Shown here piece by piece: positions 28,050 to 37,298 of a stretch of DNA of 64,000 nucleotides. The stretch's first letter is position 1; the number at the start of each line of letters is the position of its first letter. Under the pieces are notes generated by a model. It saw nothing but the letters and a program-made list of their open reading frames with translations. It was not told the DNA's origin and made no database searches. Source of the stretch: Alphaproteobacteria bacterium. GTDB lineage: Bacteria; Pseudomonadota; Alphaproteobacteria; SHVV01. The stretch is from the NCBI GenBank assembly GCA_965261735.1, contig OZ253470.1, positions 32,001 through 96,000 of the forward strand. Direction: 5' to 3'. Both the position numbers and the translations under genes were made by a program.

Positions 28050-29057
28050 CTAGATGAGATACGGCCTCTGTTTGGGGTCAGCGCCCGCCACCGCACTGAA
28101 ATCGGGCGCTCGAGCCACATAGAACTCGCAGCGCATCGCATCCGGGTCCTTGACGAACAGGCTGCGCTTGACCGGGTTGTCGACGCGCATCTCGATCTCG
28201 ACTCCGGCGTCGGCCAGCGCCTTCTCCGCCGAGTCGAGCTCGCTCTCGTTGGCGACCTCGTAACTGTAGTGGTGGATCGACGGCGCGGCGCCCTCCGCCT
28301 GGCTGAACAGCGCGATACTGAAGGCATAGCCGGCGGCACTGCCGGCGAAGCACTGGAAGGCGCCATCGGGCGCGCTGTAGACGTTGCTCAAGCCGGCGAC
28401 GCCCTCGTAGAAGTCGACCATCGGGCCGAACTTTCCGCACATCAACACGGCATGGGTGAAGCGCAGGGAGTGAACGAGCGCATCGTCCACGCGCCTGATC
28501 TCGGCGCCGGCGTCATAGCGTGACTCAGCGGTGGCGGGCGCCGCATGAGGCTCCCAGCTGCCGGTGACGGGACTGCCTTTCTGGCTATCGAAAAACCCGC
28601 GCCAATCCCTGATCATGTCGGCATAGATCTCGTGCTCGTTGCCGTCGGGATCGAACACATAAACGCTATGTGCGCTCTGGTGGTCGACGCAACGGTAGAT
28701 GGGATAGCCGGCCTCGACCGCCCGGTCGTAGGCCTCGACCAGGCGCTGCTCGTTGTCCATCTCCCACCCGAAATGATTGAGCCCCGCCTTCTTGGCGCGC
28801 CCACTCGAAGGCACGGGCTTGCCATCGCGGCCGACGAGCACCTTGTCACTGACCTGGACCAGGCCGAGATCGTGGTGCGTATTGCCGTTCGAGAGGAACC
28901 CCGCGTTGACGATGTGGATACGGTAGACCTCCTCGAACCCGGCAACCTTGTTGTAGAACTCCATCGAGCGTTCGAGTTCGCCCACGAACAGGTTGGCGTG
29001 ACCGACCCGGCGCGGCGAGAACTTGATGGCCGGCGCCTCTTGCGTCTGAGCTGTCAT
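28050..29057 (-). CDS. two-domain VOC family protein (extradiol dioxygenase-like), paralog of 17628..18635
   Basis: RRVGHANL, NGNTHHDLG, GLNHFGW, SVYVFDPDGNEHEIY; 335 aa like its paralog. Confidence 0.85.
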   Translation of the reverse strand: MTAQTQEAPAIKFSPRRVGHANLFVGELERSMEFYNKVAGFEEVYRIHIVNAGFLSNGNTHHDLGLVQVSDKVLVGRDGKPVPSSGRAKKAGLNHFGWEMDNEQRLVEAYDRAVEAGYPIYRCVDHQSAHSVYVFDPDGNEHEIYADMIRDWRGFFDSQKGSPVTGSWEPHAAPATAESRYDAGAEIRRVDDALVHSLRFTHAVLMCGKFGPMVDFYEGVAGLSNVYSAPDGAFQCFAGSAAGYAFSIALFSQAEGAAPSIHHYSYEVANESELDSAEKALADAGVEIEMRVDNPVKRSLFVKDPDAMRCEFYVARAPDFSAVAGADPKQRPYLI

Positions 29058-29251
29058 GGAACATCCTCCGATGGCGGGTTGTCGGAACCTGCGCCGACCT
29101 TAGCACAGGTCGCCGCGCGTACCTATTCGGAGCGGCGGGTACAGGCGCCACTGCACCGCCGCGGCAGCCAGAATCGGCGCGTGGGCGGAGCGCAGGATGT
29201 GCTAATGTTCGCCGGATCGGCTAGCAGACCGGCGGTGTGATGGAGGGAACC

Positions 29252-30511
29252 ATGGGTTACGAAGGCGGCGTGCAATGGCCGCGCAAAGATTACTCGCGCG
29301 TCCCCTACTCGCTCTACCACGATGCCGACATCTACACCCAGGAGATGGAGTGCATCTTCCGCGGCCCGGTGTGGCTCTTCCTGGGCCTCGAGGCCGAAGT
29401 CCCCAATGCGGGCGACTTCCGCACCACCTGGCTCGGCGAGACCTCCGTCGTCTACAACCGCGACGATGACGGCCAAATCTACGCCTTCGTCAATCGCTGC
29501 GCCCACCGCGGCGCCACCGTGTGCCGCGAGCTTTACGGCAATGCCGCCGATCACACCTGCATCTACCACCGCTGGTGCTACGACCGGCAGGGCAATCTCA
29601 TCGGCATTCCCTTCAAGCGCGGTGTTGGCGGCAAGGGCGGGCTCAGCCCGGACTTCGACCAGAGCGCCCACGGCCTCAGGAAGCTGCGGGTGGAGAGTTA
29701 CTGCGGCGTGCTGTTCGCGACCTTCTCGGACAATCCCGAACCGCTGATCGACTATCTCGGTCCGGCCCATTCCGCTCACCTCGAACGCGTCTTCCACAGC
29801 CCGGTGCGCGTGCTCGGCTACCAGCGCCAGCGCATCCATGGCAACTGGAAGTTCTACAACGAGAACCTGCGCGACCAGTACCACGGGAGCCTGCTGCACG
29901 AGTTCCAGACCACCTTCTCGATCAACCGCATCACCCAGGAGGGCGGCGCCAAGATGGACCCGCGCCACCGCCACAGCATCTCGTGGGCCAAGAAGGGGTC
30001 CGACGATGACGCGGCCGTCCACGAGCTCTACAAGGACAACAAGGTGCGCGAGGGCGAACTCACGCTCAAGGACACGGAGATGCTCGTCTACCATCCGGAG
30101 TACGACGACGGCGTCACCATCTCGATCGCCTCGGTATTCCCCAATGCCTGCTTCCAGCAGATTCACAACAGCGTGGCGACGCGGCAGATTCGGCCCAAGG
30201 GGCTCGACGCCTTCGAGCTCGTCTTCACCATCGTCGGCTTCGAGAGCGATAGCGCGGAGATGACGCGGGCGAGGCTGTTGCAGTCGAACATGGTGGGCCC
30301 CGCCGGGCTGATCTCGATGGAGGATGGCGAGGCGGTGGAGATCGCCCACCGCTCGAGCCGGGCGACACAAGACGCCCACACGGTCGTCGAGATGGGCGGA
30401 GGCGGCAAGATCGAGGACTTCGACTTCCTCGCCGCCGATATCCCGATCCGCGGTTTCTGGTCCTACTACTCCGAGCTCATGGGGTTCGAGCCGGAGGGGG
30501 CAGTGCGATGA
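29252..30511 (+). CDS. Rieske aromatic ring-hydroxylating oxygenase alpha subunit 1 (salicylate hydroxylase/anthranilate dioxygenase-like)
   Basis: SRVPY, CAH-x17-CIYH Rieske motif, NWKFYNENLRDQYHGSLLH, VGPAGLISMEDGE. GGAGGG RBS before ATG 29252. Confidence 0.93.
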   Translation: MGYEGGVQWPRKDYSRVPYSLYHDADIYTQEMECIFRGPVWLFLGLEAEVPNAGDFRTTWLGETSVVYNRDDDGQIYAFVNRCAHRGATVCRELYGNAADHTCIYHRWCYDRQGNLIGIPFKRGVGGKGGLSPDFDQSAHGLRKLRVESYCGVLFATFSDNPEPLIDYLGPAHSAHLERVFHSPVRVLGYQRQRIHGNWKFYNENLRDQYHGSLLHEFQTTFSINRITQEGGAKMDPRHRHSISWAKKGSDDDAAVHELYKDNKVREGELTLKDTEMLVYHPEYDDGVTISIASVFPNACFQQIHNSVATRQIRPKGLDAFELVFTIVGFESDSAEMTRARLLQSNMVGPAGLISMEDGEAVEIAHRSSRATQDAHTVVEMGGGGKIEDFDFLAADIPIRGFWSYYSELMGFEPEGAVR

Positions 30512-30981
30512 CGACGGCAGAGGTGCGAGACGCCATCAACGGCCTGCTCGCCGACTACGTTCATTACATCGATGCCGACAGGCTCGAGGAGTGGCTCGAC
30601 TTCTTCACCGAGGATTGCGTCTACAAAGTCCTGCCCCGAGAGAACGTCAAGCAGGGCCTGCCGGGCAGTCTCATGGAGTGCCACAACAAGAACATGCTGC
30701 GCGACCGCATCGTCTCCTACCGCGAGGCCAACGAGTACAACATTCACGTCGACCGCCATCTCCTGAGCAACGTGCGCATCGTTGGCGAGAATGCCGGCGT
30801 CTACGACGTCGAGGCGAACTACGCCGTATTCCAGACCAACAACGACGGCGAGAGCCGCCTGTTCAGCGTCGGCAACTACGAGGACAAGGTCGTGTTCGAC
30901 AATGGGTCTGCGCGCTTCAAGGAAAAGATCGTGGTCGTCGACACCTATTCGATCCCGACCCTGCTCGCCACGCCCCTGTGA
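30508..30981 (+). CDS. Rieske oxygenase beta (small) subunit
   Basis: YVHYID..RLEEWLDFFTEDC.Y...PREN, MLRDRI, G.Y.D, IPTLLATPL (NagH/AndAd-like C-terminus); ATGA overlap with alpha 1. Confidence 0.92.
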   Translation: MTTAEVRDAINGLLADYVHYIDADRLEEWLDFFTEDCVYKVLPRENVKQGLPGSLMECHNKNMLRDRIVSYREANEYNIHVDRHLLSNVRIVGENAGVYDVEANYAVFQTNNDGESRLFSVGNYEDKVVFDNGSARFKEKIVVVDTYSIPTLLATPL

Positions 30982-31007
30982 GCGCCGCCGCGCCGCCGCG
31001 GTAGTCC

Positions 31008-32273
31008 TTGCGCGACACGCTCGCCGTGACCGGTAGCCACCAGATACCCTGGCCGCGGAAGGATTTTTCCAGAGTACCGTTTGCGCTCTATCACGACGTA
31101 GACATCTACGCGCAGGAGATGGAGCGCATCTTCCGCGGTCCCGTGTGGCTCTTCCTCGGCCTCGATGCCGAGGTCCCCAATGCTGGCGACTTCCGCACCA
31201 CCTGGCTCGGCGAGACGCCCGTCGTCTACAACCGCGACGATGACGGCCAAATCTACGCCTTCGTCAATCGCTGCGCCCACCGCGGCGCCACCGTGTGCCG
31301 CGAGCTTTACGGCAATGCCGCCGATCACACCTGCATCTACCACCGCTGGTGCTACGACCGGCAGGGCAATCTCATCGGCATTCCCTTCAAGCGCGGGGTT
31401 GGCGGCAAGGGCGGGCTCAGCCCGGACTTCGACCAGGGCGCCCACGGCCTCAGGAAGATTCGGGTGGAGAGTTTCTGCGGCGTGCTGTTCGCGACCTTCG
31501 CCCACGACGTCGAGCCGTTGATCGACTATCTCGGCCCAACCCACGCCGATTTCCTGGCGCGCACCTTTCACAGCCCCACGCGCTTGCTCGGCTATCAGCG
31601 CCAGCGTATCCACGGCAACTGGAAGCTCTACAACGAGAACATCCGCGATCAGTACCACGGCAGCCTCCTCCATCGCTTCCAGGCGGCGTTCGGCATCACC
31701 CGTTTCACGCATGCCGGCGGCACCGTGACCGACGCGTGCCACCGCCACAATCTGCTCTACACGATCGCCGGCAGCGACACGGACGCAGAGGCCCACGAGG
31801 TCTACGCGGATGCCGACCAGGAGCCGCTCGACATCGAACTCGCGGCGGCGGAGTTCATGGACTACGTACCGGAGTTCGAGGATGGGCTAGCGCTCGGGCT
31901 GGCGGCGTTCTTTCCCAACGCCCTCTTCCAGCAAATGCGCAACAGCTTGGCCGTGCGCCAGATCCGCCCCAAGGGTCCCGGCGCCTTCGAGCTCATCTTC
32001 ACCCTCTTCGGCTACGAGAGCGACAGCCCGGAAATGACGCGCCACCGCCTCGGTCAGTCCAATCTCGTCGGACCGGCCGGGCTGATCTCGATGGAGGACG
32101 GCGAGGCCGTGGAAATCGCCCACCGAGCGACCATGACGGAGCAGGACGCCGCGGCAGTCATCGAAATGGGCGGTCGCGGCCCCATTCGCCGGCACGCCCC
32201 GTACAAGATCAACGAATCGGCGATCCGCGGCTTCTGGTCGCACTACGCAACGTTGATGGGGCACGAACTCTAG
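31008..32273 (+). CDS. Rieske oxygenase alpha subunit 2
   Basis: Same Rieske motif; NENIRDQYHGSLLH; most divergent catalytic domain. Start uncertain (TTG 31008 or GTG 31026). Confidence 0.9.
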   Translation: MRDTLAVTGSHQIPWPRKDFSRVPFALYHDVDIYAQEMERIFRGPVWLFLGLDAEVPNAGDFRTTWLGETPVVYNRDDDGQIYAFVNRCAHRGATVCRELYGNAADHTCIYHRWCYDRQGNLIGIPFKRGVGGKGGLSPDFDQGAHGLRKIRVESFCGVLFATFAHDVEPLIDYLGPTHADFLARTFHSPTRLLGYQRQRIHGNWKLYNENIRDQYHGSLLHRFQAAFGITRFTHAGGTVTDACHRHNLLYTIAGSDTDAEAHEVYADADQEPLDIELAAAEFMDYVPEFEDGLALGLAAFFPNALFQQMRNSLAVRQIRPKGPGAFELIFTLFGYESDSPEMTRHRLGQSNLVGPAGLISMEDGEAVEIAHRATMTEQDAAAVIEMGGRGPIRRHAPYKINESAIRGFWSHYATLMGHEL

Positions 32274-32359
32274 CCTGCCCGGGCGCCGATTGCGCCCGCC
32301 CGCCAAAGCCCATAACGTGGTTCACCGCTCGAGTGGCTGAAGCAATCCCGAGGATCGAT

Positions 32360-33622
32360 ATGGACGGCGCCCTGACTGTGGAGTGGCCGCGAGACGACTA
32401 CTCGCGCGTCCCCTACTCGCTCTACCACGACGCCGATATCTACGCGCGGGAGATGGAGCGCATTTTTCGGGGCCCGGTGTGGCTCTTCCTGGGCCTCGAG
32501 GCCGAGGTCCCGAACCCGGGCGACTTCCGCACCACCTGGCTTGGCGAGACGGCGGTCGTCTACAACCGCGACGATGACGGCCAAATCTACGCCTTCGTCA
32601 ACCGCTGCGCCCACCGCGGCGCCACCGTGTGCCGCGAGCTTTATGGGAATACCTCCGACCACACCTGCATCTACCACCGCTGGTGCTATAACCGGCAGGG
32701 CAACTTCATCGGCATTCCCTTCAAGCGCGGGGTCGGCGGCAAGGGTGGGCTGGCCGAGGACTTCGACCAAGGCGCCCACGGCCTCGAGAAGCTCCGCGTC
32801 GAGGGCTATTGCGGCGTGCTGTTCGCGACCTTCTCGGACGACCCCGAGCCGCTGATCGACTATCTCGGTCCGACGCACGCCGACTACCTGGCTCGCGTCT
32901 TTCACAGCCCGGTGCGCGTGCTCGGCTACCAGCGGCAATACGTCTACAGCAACTGGAAGTTCTATAACGAGAACCTGCGGGACCAGTACCACGGCAGCCT
33001 GCTGCACGAGTTTCTCACCACCTTCGCCATCTCGCGCGTGACCCAGGAAGGCGGCGCCAGGATGGACCCGCGTCACCGCCACAGCATCTCCTACAGCAAG
33101 CAGGGCACGGATCAGGACTCCGACGCGCGCGAGGTCTACAAGGAAGCCAAAGTGCGCGAGGGGCTGTTGCAGCTTCGTGAGCCGGCGATGGTCGACTACC
33201 ACCCGGAATATGACGACGGCATCAGCATCTCGATCTGCTCAGTGTTTCCCAACGCCTGTTTTCAGCAGATCAACAACAGCCTCGCGACGCGCCAAATCCG
33301 ACCCAAGGGGAGGGACGCGTTCGAGCTCGCCTTCACGATTTTCGGCTACGAGGACGACAGCGAGGCGATGACCCGACATCGCCTTCTGCAGTCGAACCTG
33401 GTAGGACCGGCCGGGCTCATCTCGATGGAGGACGGCGAGGCCTGCGAGCTCGCGCACCGCTCGAGCGCCAGCGACAAGGACGCCCACACGGTGATCGAGA
33501 TGGGCGGGCGCGGCGCCATTCCCGACAACGTCACCTACAAGGTCAGCGATATCCCGATCCGCGGTTTCTGGTCCTACTACGCCGAGCTCATGGGGCTCGA
33601 GCGCGACGGCGCCGTGCGCTAG
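32360..33622 (+). CDS. Rieske oxygenase alpha subunit 3
   Basis: C-terminal 420 aa of ORF 31295..33622 from MDGALTVEWPRDDYSRVP (GAGGA RBS); motifs intact. Confidence 0.92.
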   Translation: MDGALTVEWPRDDYSRVPYSLYHDADIYAREMERIFRGPVWLFLGLEAEVPNPGDFRTTWLGETAVVYNRDDDGQIYAFVNRCAHRGATVCRELYGNTSDHTCIYHRWCYNRQGNFIGIPFKRGVGGKGGLAEDFDQGAHGLEKLRVEGYCGVLFATFSDDPEPLIDYLGPTHADYLARVFHSPVRVLGYQRQYVYSNWKFYNENLRDQYHGSLLHEFLTTFAISRVTQEGGARMDPRHRHSISYSKQGTDQDSDAREVYKEAKVREGLLQLREPAMVDYHPEYDDGISISICSVFPNACFQQINNSLATRQIRPKGRDAFELAFTIFGYEDDSEAMTRHRLLQSNLVGPAGLISMEDGEACELAHRSSASDKDAHTVIEMGGRGAIPDNVTYKVSDIPIRGFWSYYAELMGLERDGAVR

Positions 33623-34716
33623 TGGATTGATTCCAACGTTTGGAACCCTCTGTTTCGTGCGGCGATGATATGATCGGGGTCGGCTTTCCAGATGAAGGGT
33701 TTTGGGTTTGCGTCATTGTATTCGCGGACAAATCGGTTGATGGCGTCCTGAAGGTCGACGACGGATTGGAAGACGCCGTATTTGAGCCTGCGCCGCGTTA
33801 GTTTGGCGAAGAAGCCCTCGACGGCATTGAGCCACGAGCACGAGGTTGGCGTGAAGTGGAAGGTCCAGCGTGGATGGCGGGCGAGCCAGGCGCGGACCTT
33901 GTCCTTCTTGTGCGCGGCGTAGTTGTCGAGGATGACGTGGACGGCCTTGTCCGTCGGCACCTCGCGCTCGATGCGGTTGAGGAAGCGGATGAACTCCTGA
34001 TGGCGGTGGCGCTGCATGTTCTGTGCGATGACCGTACCGTCCAGCACGTTGAGCGCGGCGAACAGCGTCGTCGTGCCATGCCGTTTGTAATCATAGGTCA
34101 TCGTACCGGCGCGGCCCTTCTTCATCGGCAAGCCGGGTTGGGTGCGGTCGAGCGCCTGGATCTGTGATTTCTCATCAACCGACAGCACCACGGCATGGGC
34201 CGGCGGATCGACATACAAGCCGACGATATCTGTGAGCTTCTCGGCGAAGGCGGGATCATTGGAGAGCTTGAAGTGCCGCCAGCGGTGCGGGCTGAGGCCA
34301 TGGGCCTTCCAGATCGCTTGGACCGTCGACGCCGCGACGCCAGCAACCTTCGCCATCGCGCGCAGCGTCCAGTGGGTCGCCTCGTGCGGCGGCGCTTGCT
34401 GGGTCAGGCGGACGATCTCGGCGACGCGCTCCGGCGGGATCGGCGCTTTGCCAGGCGGACGGGACCTGTCGCGAAGCAAGCCGTTGACACCCTCGTGCAT
34501 GAACCGCTCCTGCCAGCGCCAGACACAGGTCTTGGACTTGCCGGTCTCGGCCATGATCGACGAGTTCCCGAGCCCCTCGTCGCTCTTCAGGATGATCCGC
34601 GCCCGCCAGACATGTTTCTGCGAGCTCTTCGGGTCCGCGACGATAGCTTGCAATCGCTGACGGTCGCCAGACGTGACAGTAAAATAGATGCCGGTGCGCA
34701 TAGCACAGACTCGCAT
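33619..34716 (-). CDS. IS630-family transposase
   Basis: HTH region (RWQERF..EG..GLLRD), VDEKSQIQAL, YKRHGTTTLFAAL, ILDNYAAHK, FTPTSCSWLNAVE. Alternative start at 34701. Confidence 0.95.
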   Translation of the reverse strand: MRVCAMRTGIYFTVTSGDRQRLQAIVADPKSSQKHVWRARIILKSDEGLGNSSIMAETGKSKTCVWRWQERFMHEGVNGLLRDRSRPPGKAPIPPERVAEIVRLTQQAPPHEATHWTLRAMAKVAGVAASTVQAIWKAHGLSPHRWRHFKLSNDPAFAEKLTDIVGLYVDPPAHAVVLSVDEKSQIQALDRTQPGLPMKKGRAGTMTYDYKRHGTTTLFAALNVLDGTVIAQNMQRHRHQEFIRFLNRIEREVPTDKAVHVILDNYAAHKKDKVRAWLARHPRWTFHFTPTSCSWLNAVEGFFAKLTRRRLKYGVFQSVVDLQDAINRFVREYNDANPKPFIWKADPDHIIAARNRGFQTLESIH

Positions 34717-34773
34717 GACACCGCACCATACGGAATCTCAAATCGGACTCTTTCGTTCCGATCAATCCACTAG
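33619..34773 (-). mobile_element. IS630-family insertion sequence
   Basis: Perfect 13-bp inverted ends ctagtggattgat (33619-33631) / atcaatccactag (34761-34773). CTAG (containing the TA target) occurs at both ends. Confidence 0.93.
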
Positions 34774-34786
34774 CAAAGCGAGGCAA

Positions 34787-36052
34787 ATGATGGATGCGGC
34801 GGCTCCCATTCACTGGCCTCGCAACGACTATTCGCGAGTGCCCTACCGGCTCTATCACGACGCGGATATCTACGCGCAGGAGATGGTGCGCATCTTCCGC
34901 GGTCCCGTGTGGCTCTTCCTCGGCCTCGAGGCCGAGGTCCCCAATGCGGGCGACTTCCGCACCACCTGGCTCGGCGAGACGCCCGTCGTCTACGACCGCG
35001 ACGACGACGGCCAGGTCTACGCCTTCGTCAATCGCTGCGCCCATCGCGGCGCCACCGTGTGCCGCGAGCTCTACGGGAATAGCGCCGATCACACCTGCAT
35101 CTACCACCGCTGGTGCTACGACCGGCGGGGCAACCTCATCGGCATTCCCTTCAAGCGCGGGGTTGGCGGCAAGGGCGGGCTCAGCCCCGATTTCGACCAG
35201 GGCGCCCACGGCCTCGAGAAGCTCCGCGTCGAGAGCTATTGCGGCGTGCTGTTCGCGACCTTCGCCAACGACGTCGAGCCGTTGATCGACTATCCCGGGC
35301 CAACCCATGCCGCCCATCTCGCGCGGGTCTTCCACAGCCCGGTGCGCGTGCTCGGCTACCAGCGGCAGCGCATCCACGGCAACTGGAAGTTCTACAACGA
35401 CAACCTGCGCGACCTCTATCACGGCACTCTACTGCACGAGTTCCAGACCACCTTCGCGATCGCCCGCGTGACGCAGGAGGGCGGTGCCGGCATGGACCCG
35501 CGCCACCGCCACAACCTGTCCTGGGCCAAGGAGGGCACCGACGACGACGCGGATGCGCACGAGCAATACCAGCAGGCGAACGTCCGCGAGGGCGTGCTGA
35601 CGCTCGAGGCGCCCGATTTCGTGACCTTTCGCCCCGAGTACGCCGATGGCATCAGCATCTCGATCTGCTCGGTGTTCCCCAACGCCTGTTTCCAGCAAAT
35701 ACGCAACAGCCTGGCGACGCGTCAGATACGGCCCAAGGGGACGGACTCTTTCGAGCTCGTCTTCACGATCTTCGGGTACGCGAGCGACACGCCGGAGATG
35801 ACGCGCCACCGCCTACTGCAGGCTAATCTGGTGGGGCCGGCGGGCCTCATCTCGATGGAGGACGGCGAAGCCGTGGAAATCGCTCACCGCTCGACCCTGA
35901 CCGACCAGGGCGCCTGCAACGTGATCGAAATGGGCGGCCGCGGGAAGATCGGCGATTCGGTCGAGTTCGGTGTTACCGACGTTCCCATGCGCGGCTTCTG
36001 GTCCTACTACGCGGAATTGATGGGCTGCGAGCCGCCCGGCGCGATACGCTAG
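34787..36052 (+). CDS. Rieske oxygenase alpha subunit 4
   Basis: From MMDAAAPIHWPRNDYSRVP (GAGG RBS); Rieske motif intact; NDNLRDLYHGTLLH. Confidence 0.92.
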   Translation: MMDAAAPIHWPRNDYSRVPYRLYHDADIYAQEMVRIFRGPVWLFLGLEAEVPNAGDFRTTWLGETPVVYDRDDDGQVYAFVNRCAHRGATVCRELYGNSADHTCIYHRWCYDRRGNLIGIPFKRGVGGKGGLSPDFDQGAHGLEKLRVESYCGVLFATFANDVEPLIDYPGPTHAAHLARVFHSPVRVLGYQRQRIHGNWKFYNDNLRDLYHGTLLHEFQTTFAIARVTQEGGAGMDPRHRHNLSWAKEGTDDDADAHEQYQQANVREGVLTLEAPDFVTFRPEYADGISISICSVFPNACFQQIRNSLATRQIRPKGTDSFELVFTIFGYASDTPEMTRHRLLQANLVGPAGLISMEDGEAVEIAHRSTLTDQGACNVIEMGGRGKIGDSVEFGVTDVPMRGFWSYYAELMGCEPPGAIR

Positions 36053-36101
36053 CGCCGAGGCGTTCAACCGACGAAACCAGAACGACAAGGTGGAGGTGCC
36101 G

Positions 36102-37298
36102 ATGGCCGCGCCGCGCAAGGAATATCGACTGGACGACTTGAACCCGCCGATCAGCCACTACACCGACGCGGTGCAGTGCGGCGATTTCCTGTTCATGTCG
36201 GGGGCCGGTCCGTTCGATTCCGAAATGAACCTCATCGGCGAGGGCGATGTCGTCAAGCAATGCGAGGTGACGTGCCAGAACATCGAGAAGATGTTGAACG
36301 CGGCCGGCATGACCTTCAAGGACATCGTCTACTTCAAGGTGCTGCTCGAAGACGTGAGCGATGGCGCGGCGATCAATCCGGTGCGCCAGGCGTTCTCCGG
36401 TGATTCGCGACCGGTGAGCACGCGGGTCGGCGTCGGCCACCTGGCCTGGCCGGGCATGCTCATCGAGATCGAGGCCTACGCCTACAAGCCGCAAAACGGC
36501 GGCCCACCGAAGCAGGAGATCCGGGTCGAGAGCTTGTGCGAGCCGCTGAGCCACTACACCGACGTGGTCAAGTGCGGCGACTTCGCGTTCCTTTCCGGAA
36601 CAGGGCCGATCGGGCCCGATGCGAAGGCGTTGCATTTCGGCGACCCGGTGGCGCAGGGCCGGGCGACGATGGAGAACATGCATAAGATGCTCGAGGCCGC
36701 CGGCATGGGCTTCGAGGACGTGGCCAAGGTCATCTGCTACATGGAGAACATCTACGACCGCCCCAAGATCAACGTCGCGCGCAAGGACTTCTTCGGCGAT
36801 AGCCGCCCGACCAGCACGCTGTTCGGCATCCGCCGCCTCGCCATCCCGGGCATGGGCCACGAGATCGAAGCGATCGCCTACAAGGCCAGCGGCAGCGCGC
36901 CGAAGCGGCGCGAGATTCGGGTCGAGGGTTACCGCGAGCCGATCAGCCACTACACCGACGGCGTCAAGTGCGGCGACCTCTACTTCGTCTCCGGCAGCGG
37001 CCCGTTCGATGACAACCTCAAGCTCGTCGGCGGCGACGACATGACGGCACAAGCCGTGCAGACCCACGACAACATCGAGCGTATCCTGGCGGCCGGCGGC
37101 ATGAGCTACGAGGACGTGGCCAAGGTCACCGTGTACATGGACAACACCGAGGAGCGAAAAGTGCTGGACGAGGTGCGCAAGAGGTACTTCGGCAACACGC
37201 GGCCGGCCAGCACCCTGTTCGGGGCCAACCGCCTGGCGCTGTTCGGCATGAAGCTCGAGATCGAGACCATCGCCTACAAGCCCGACTCGGGGGACTAG
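36102..37298 (+). CDS. triple-domain RidA/YjgF/UK114-superfamily protein
   Basis: Three ~130-aa repeats P[IL]SHYTD.V.CGD..F.SG.GP...AAGM.F.D...F.GD.RP.ST...E[IL]E..AYK. GGAGG RBS. Confidence 0.88.
   Translation: MAAPRKEYRLDDLNPPISHYTDAVQCGDFLFMSGAGPFDSEMNLIGEGDVVKQCEVTCQNIEKMLNAAGMTFKDIVYFKVLLEDVSDGAAINPVRQAFSGDSRPVSTRVGVGHLAWPGMLIEIEAYAYKPQNGGPPKQEIRVESLCEPLSHYTDVVKCGDFAFLSGTGPIGPDAKALHFGDPVAQGRATMENMHKMLEAAGMGFEDVAKVICYMENIYDRPKINVARKDFFGDSRPTSTLFGIRRLAIPGMGHEIEAIAYKASGSAPKRREIRVEGYREPISHYTDGVKCGDLYFVSGSGPFDDNLKLVGGDDMTAQAVQTHDNIERILAAGGMSYEDVAKVTVYMDNTEERKVLDEVRKRYFGNTRPASTLFGANRLALFGMKLEIETIAYKPDSGD

Noticed and set aside
31295-32359. Apparent N-terminal extension making alpha3 a 775-aa protein
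   Set aside because: Off-frame overlap with alpha2 in GC-rich DNA; an RBS and homologous start lie at 32360.
29252-36052. Diversity-generating retroelement or CRISPR-like interpretation of the repeated blocks
   Set aside because: No reverse transcriptase, no adenine-specific template/variable pair noticed, no short repeat-spacer array or cas genes; the repeats are paralogous coding domains.
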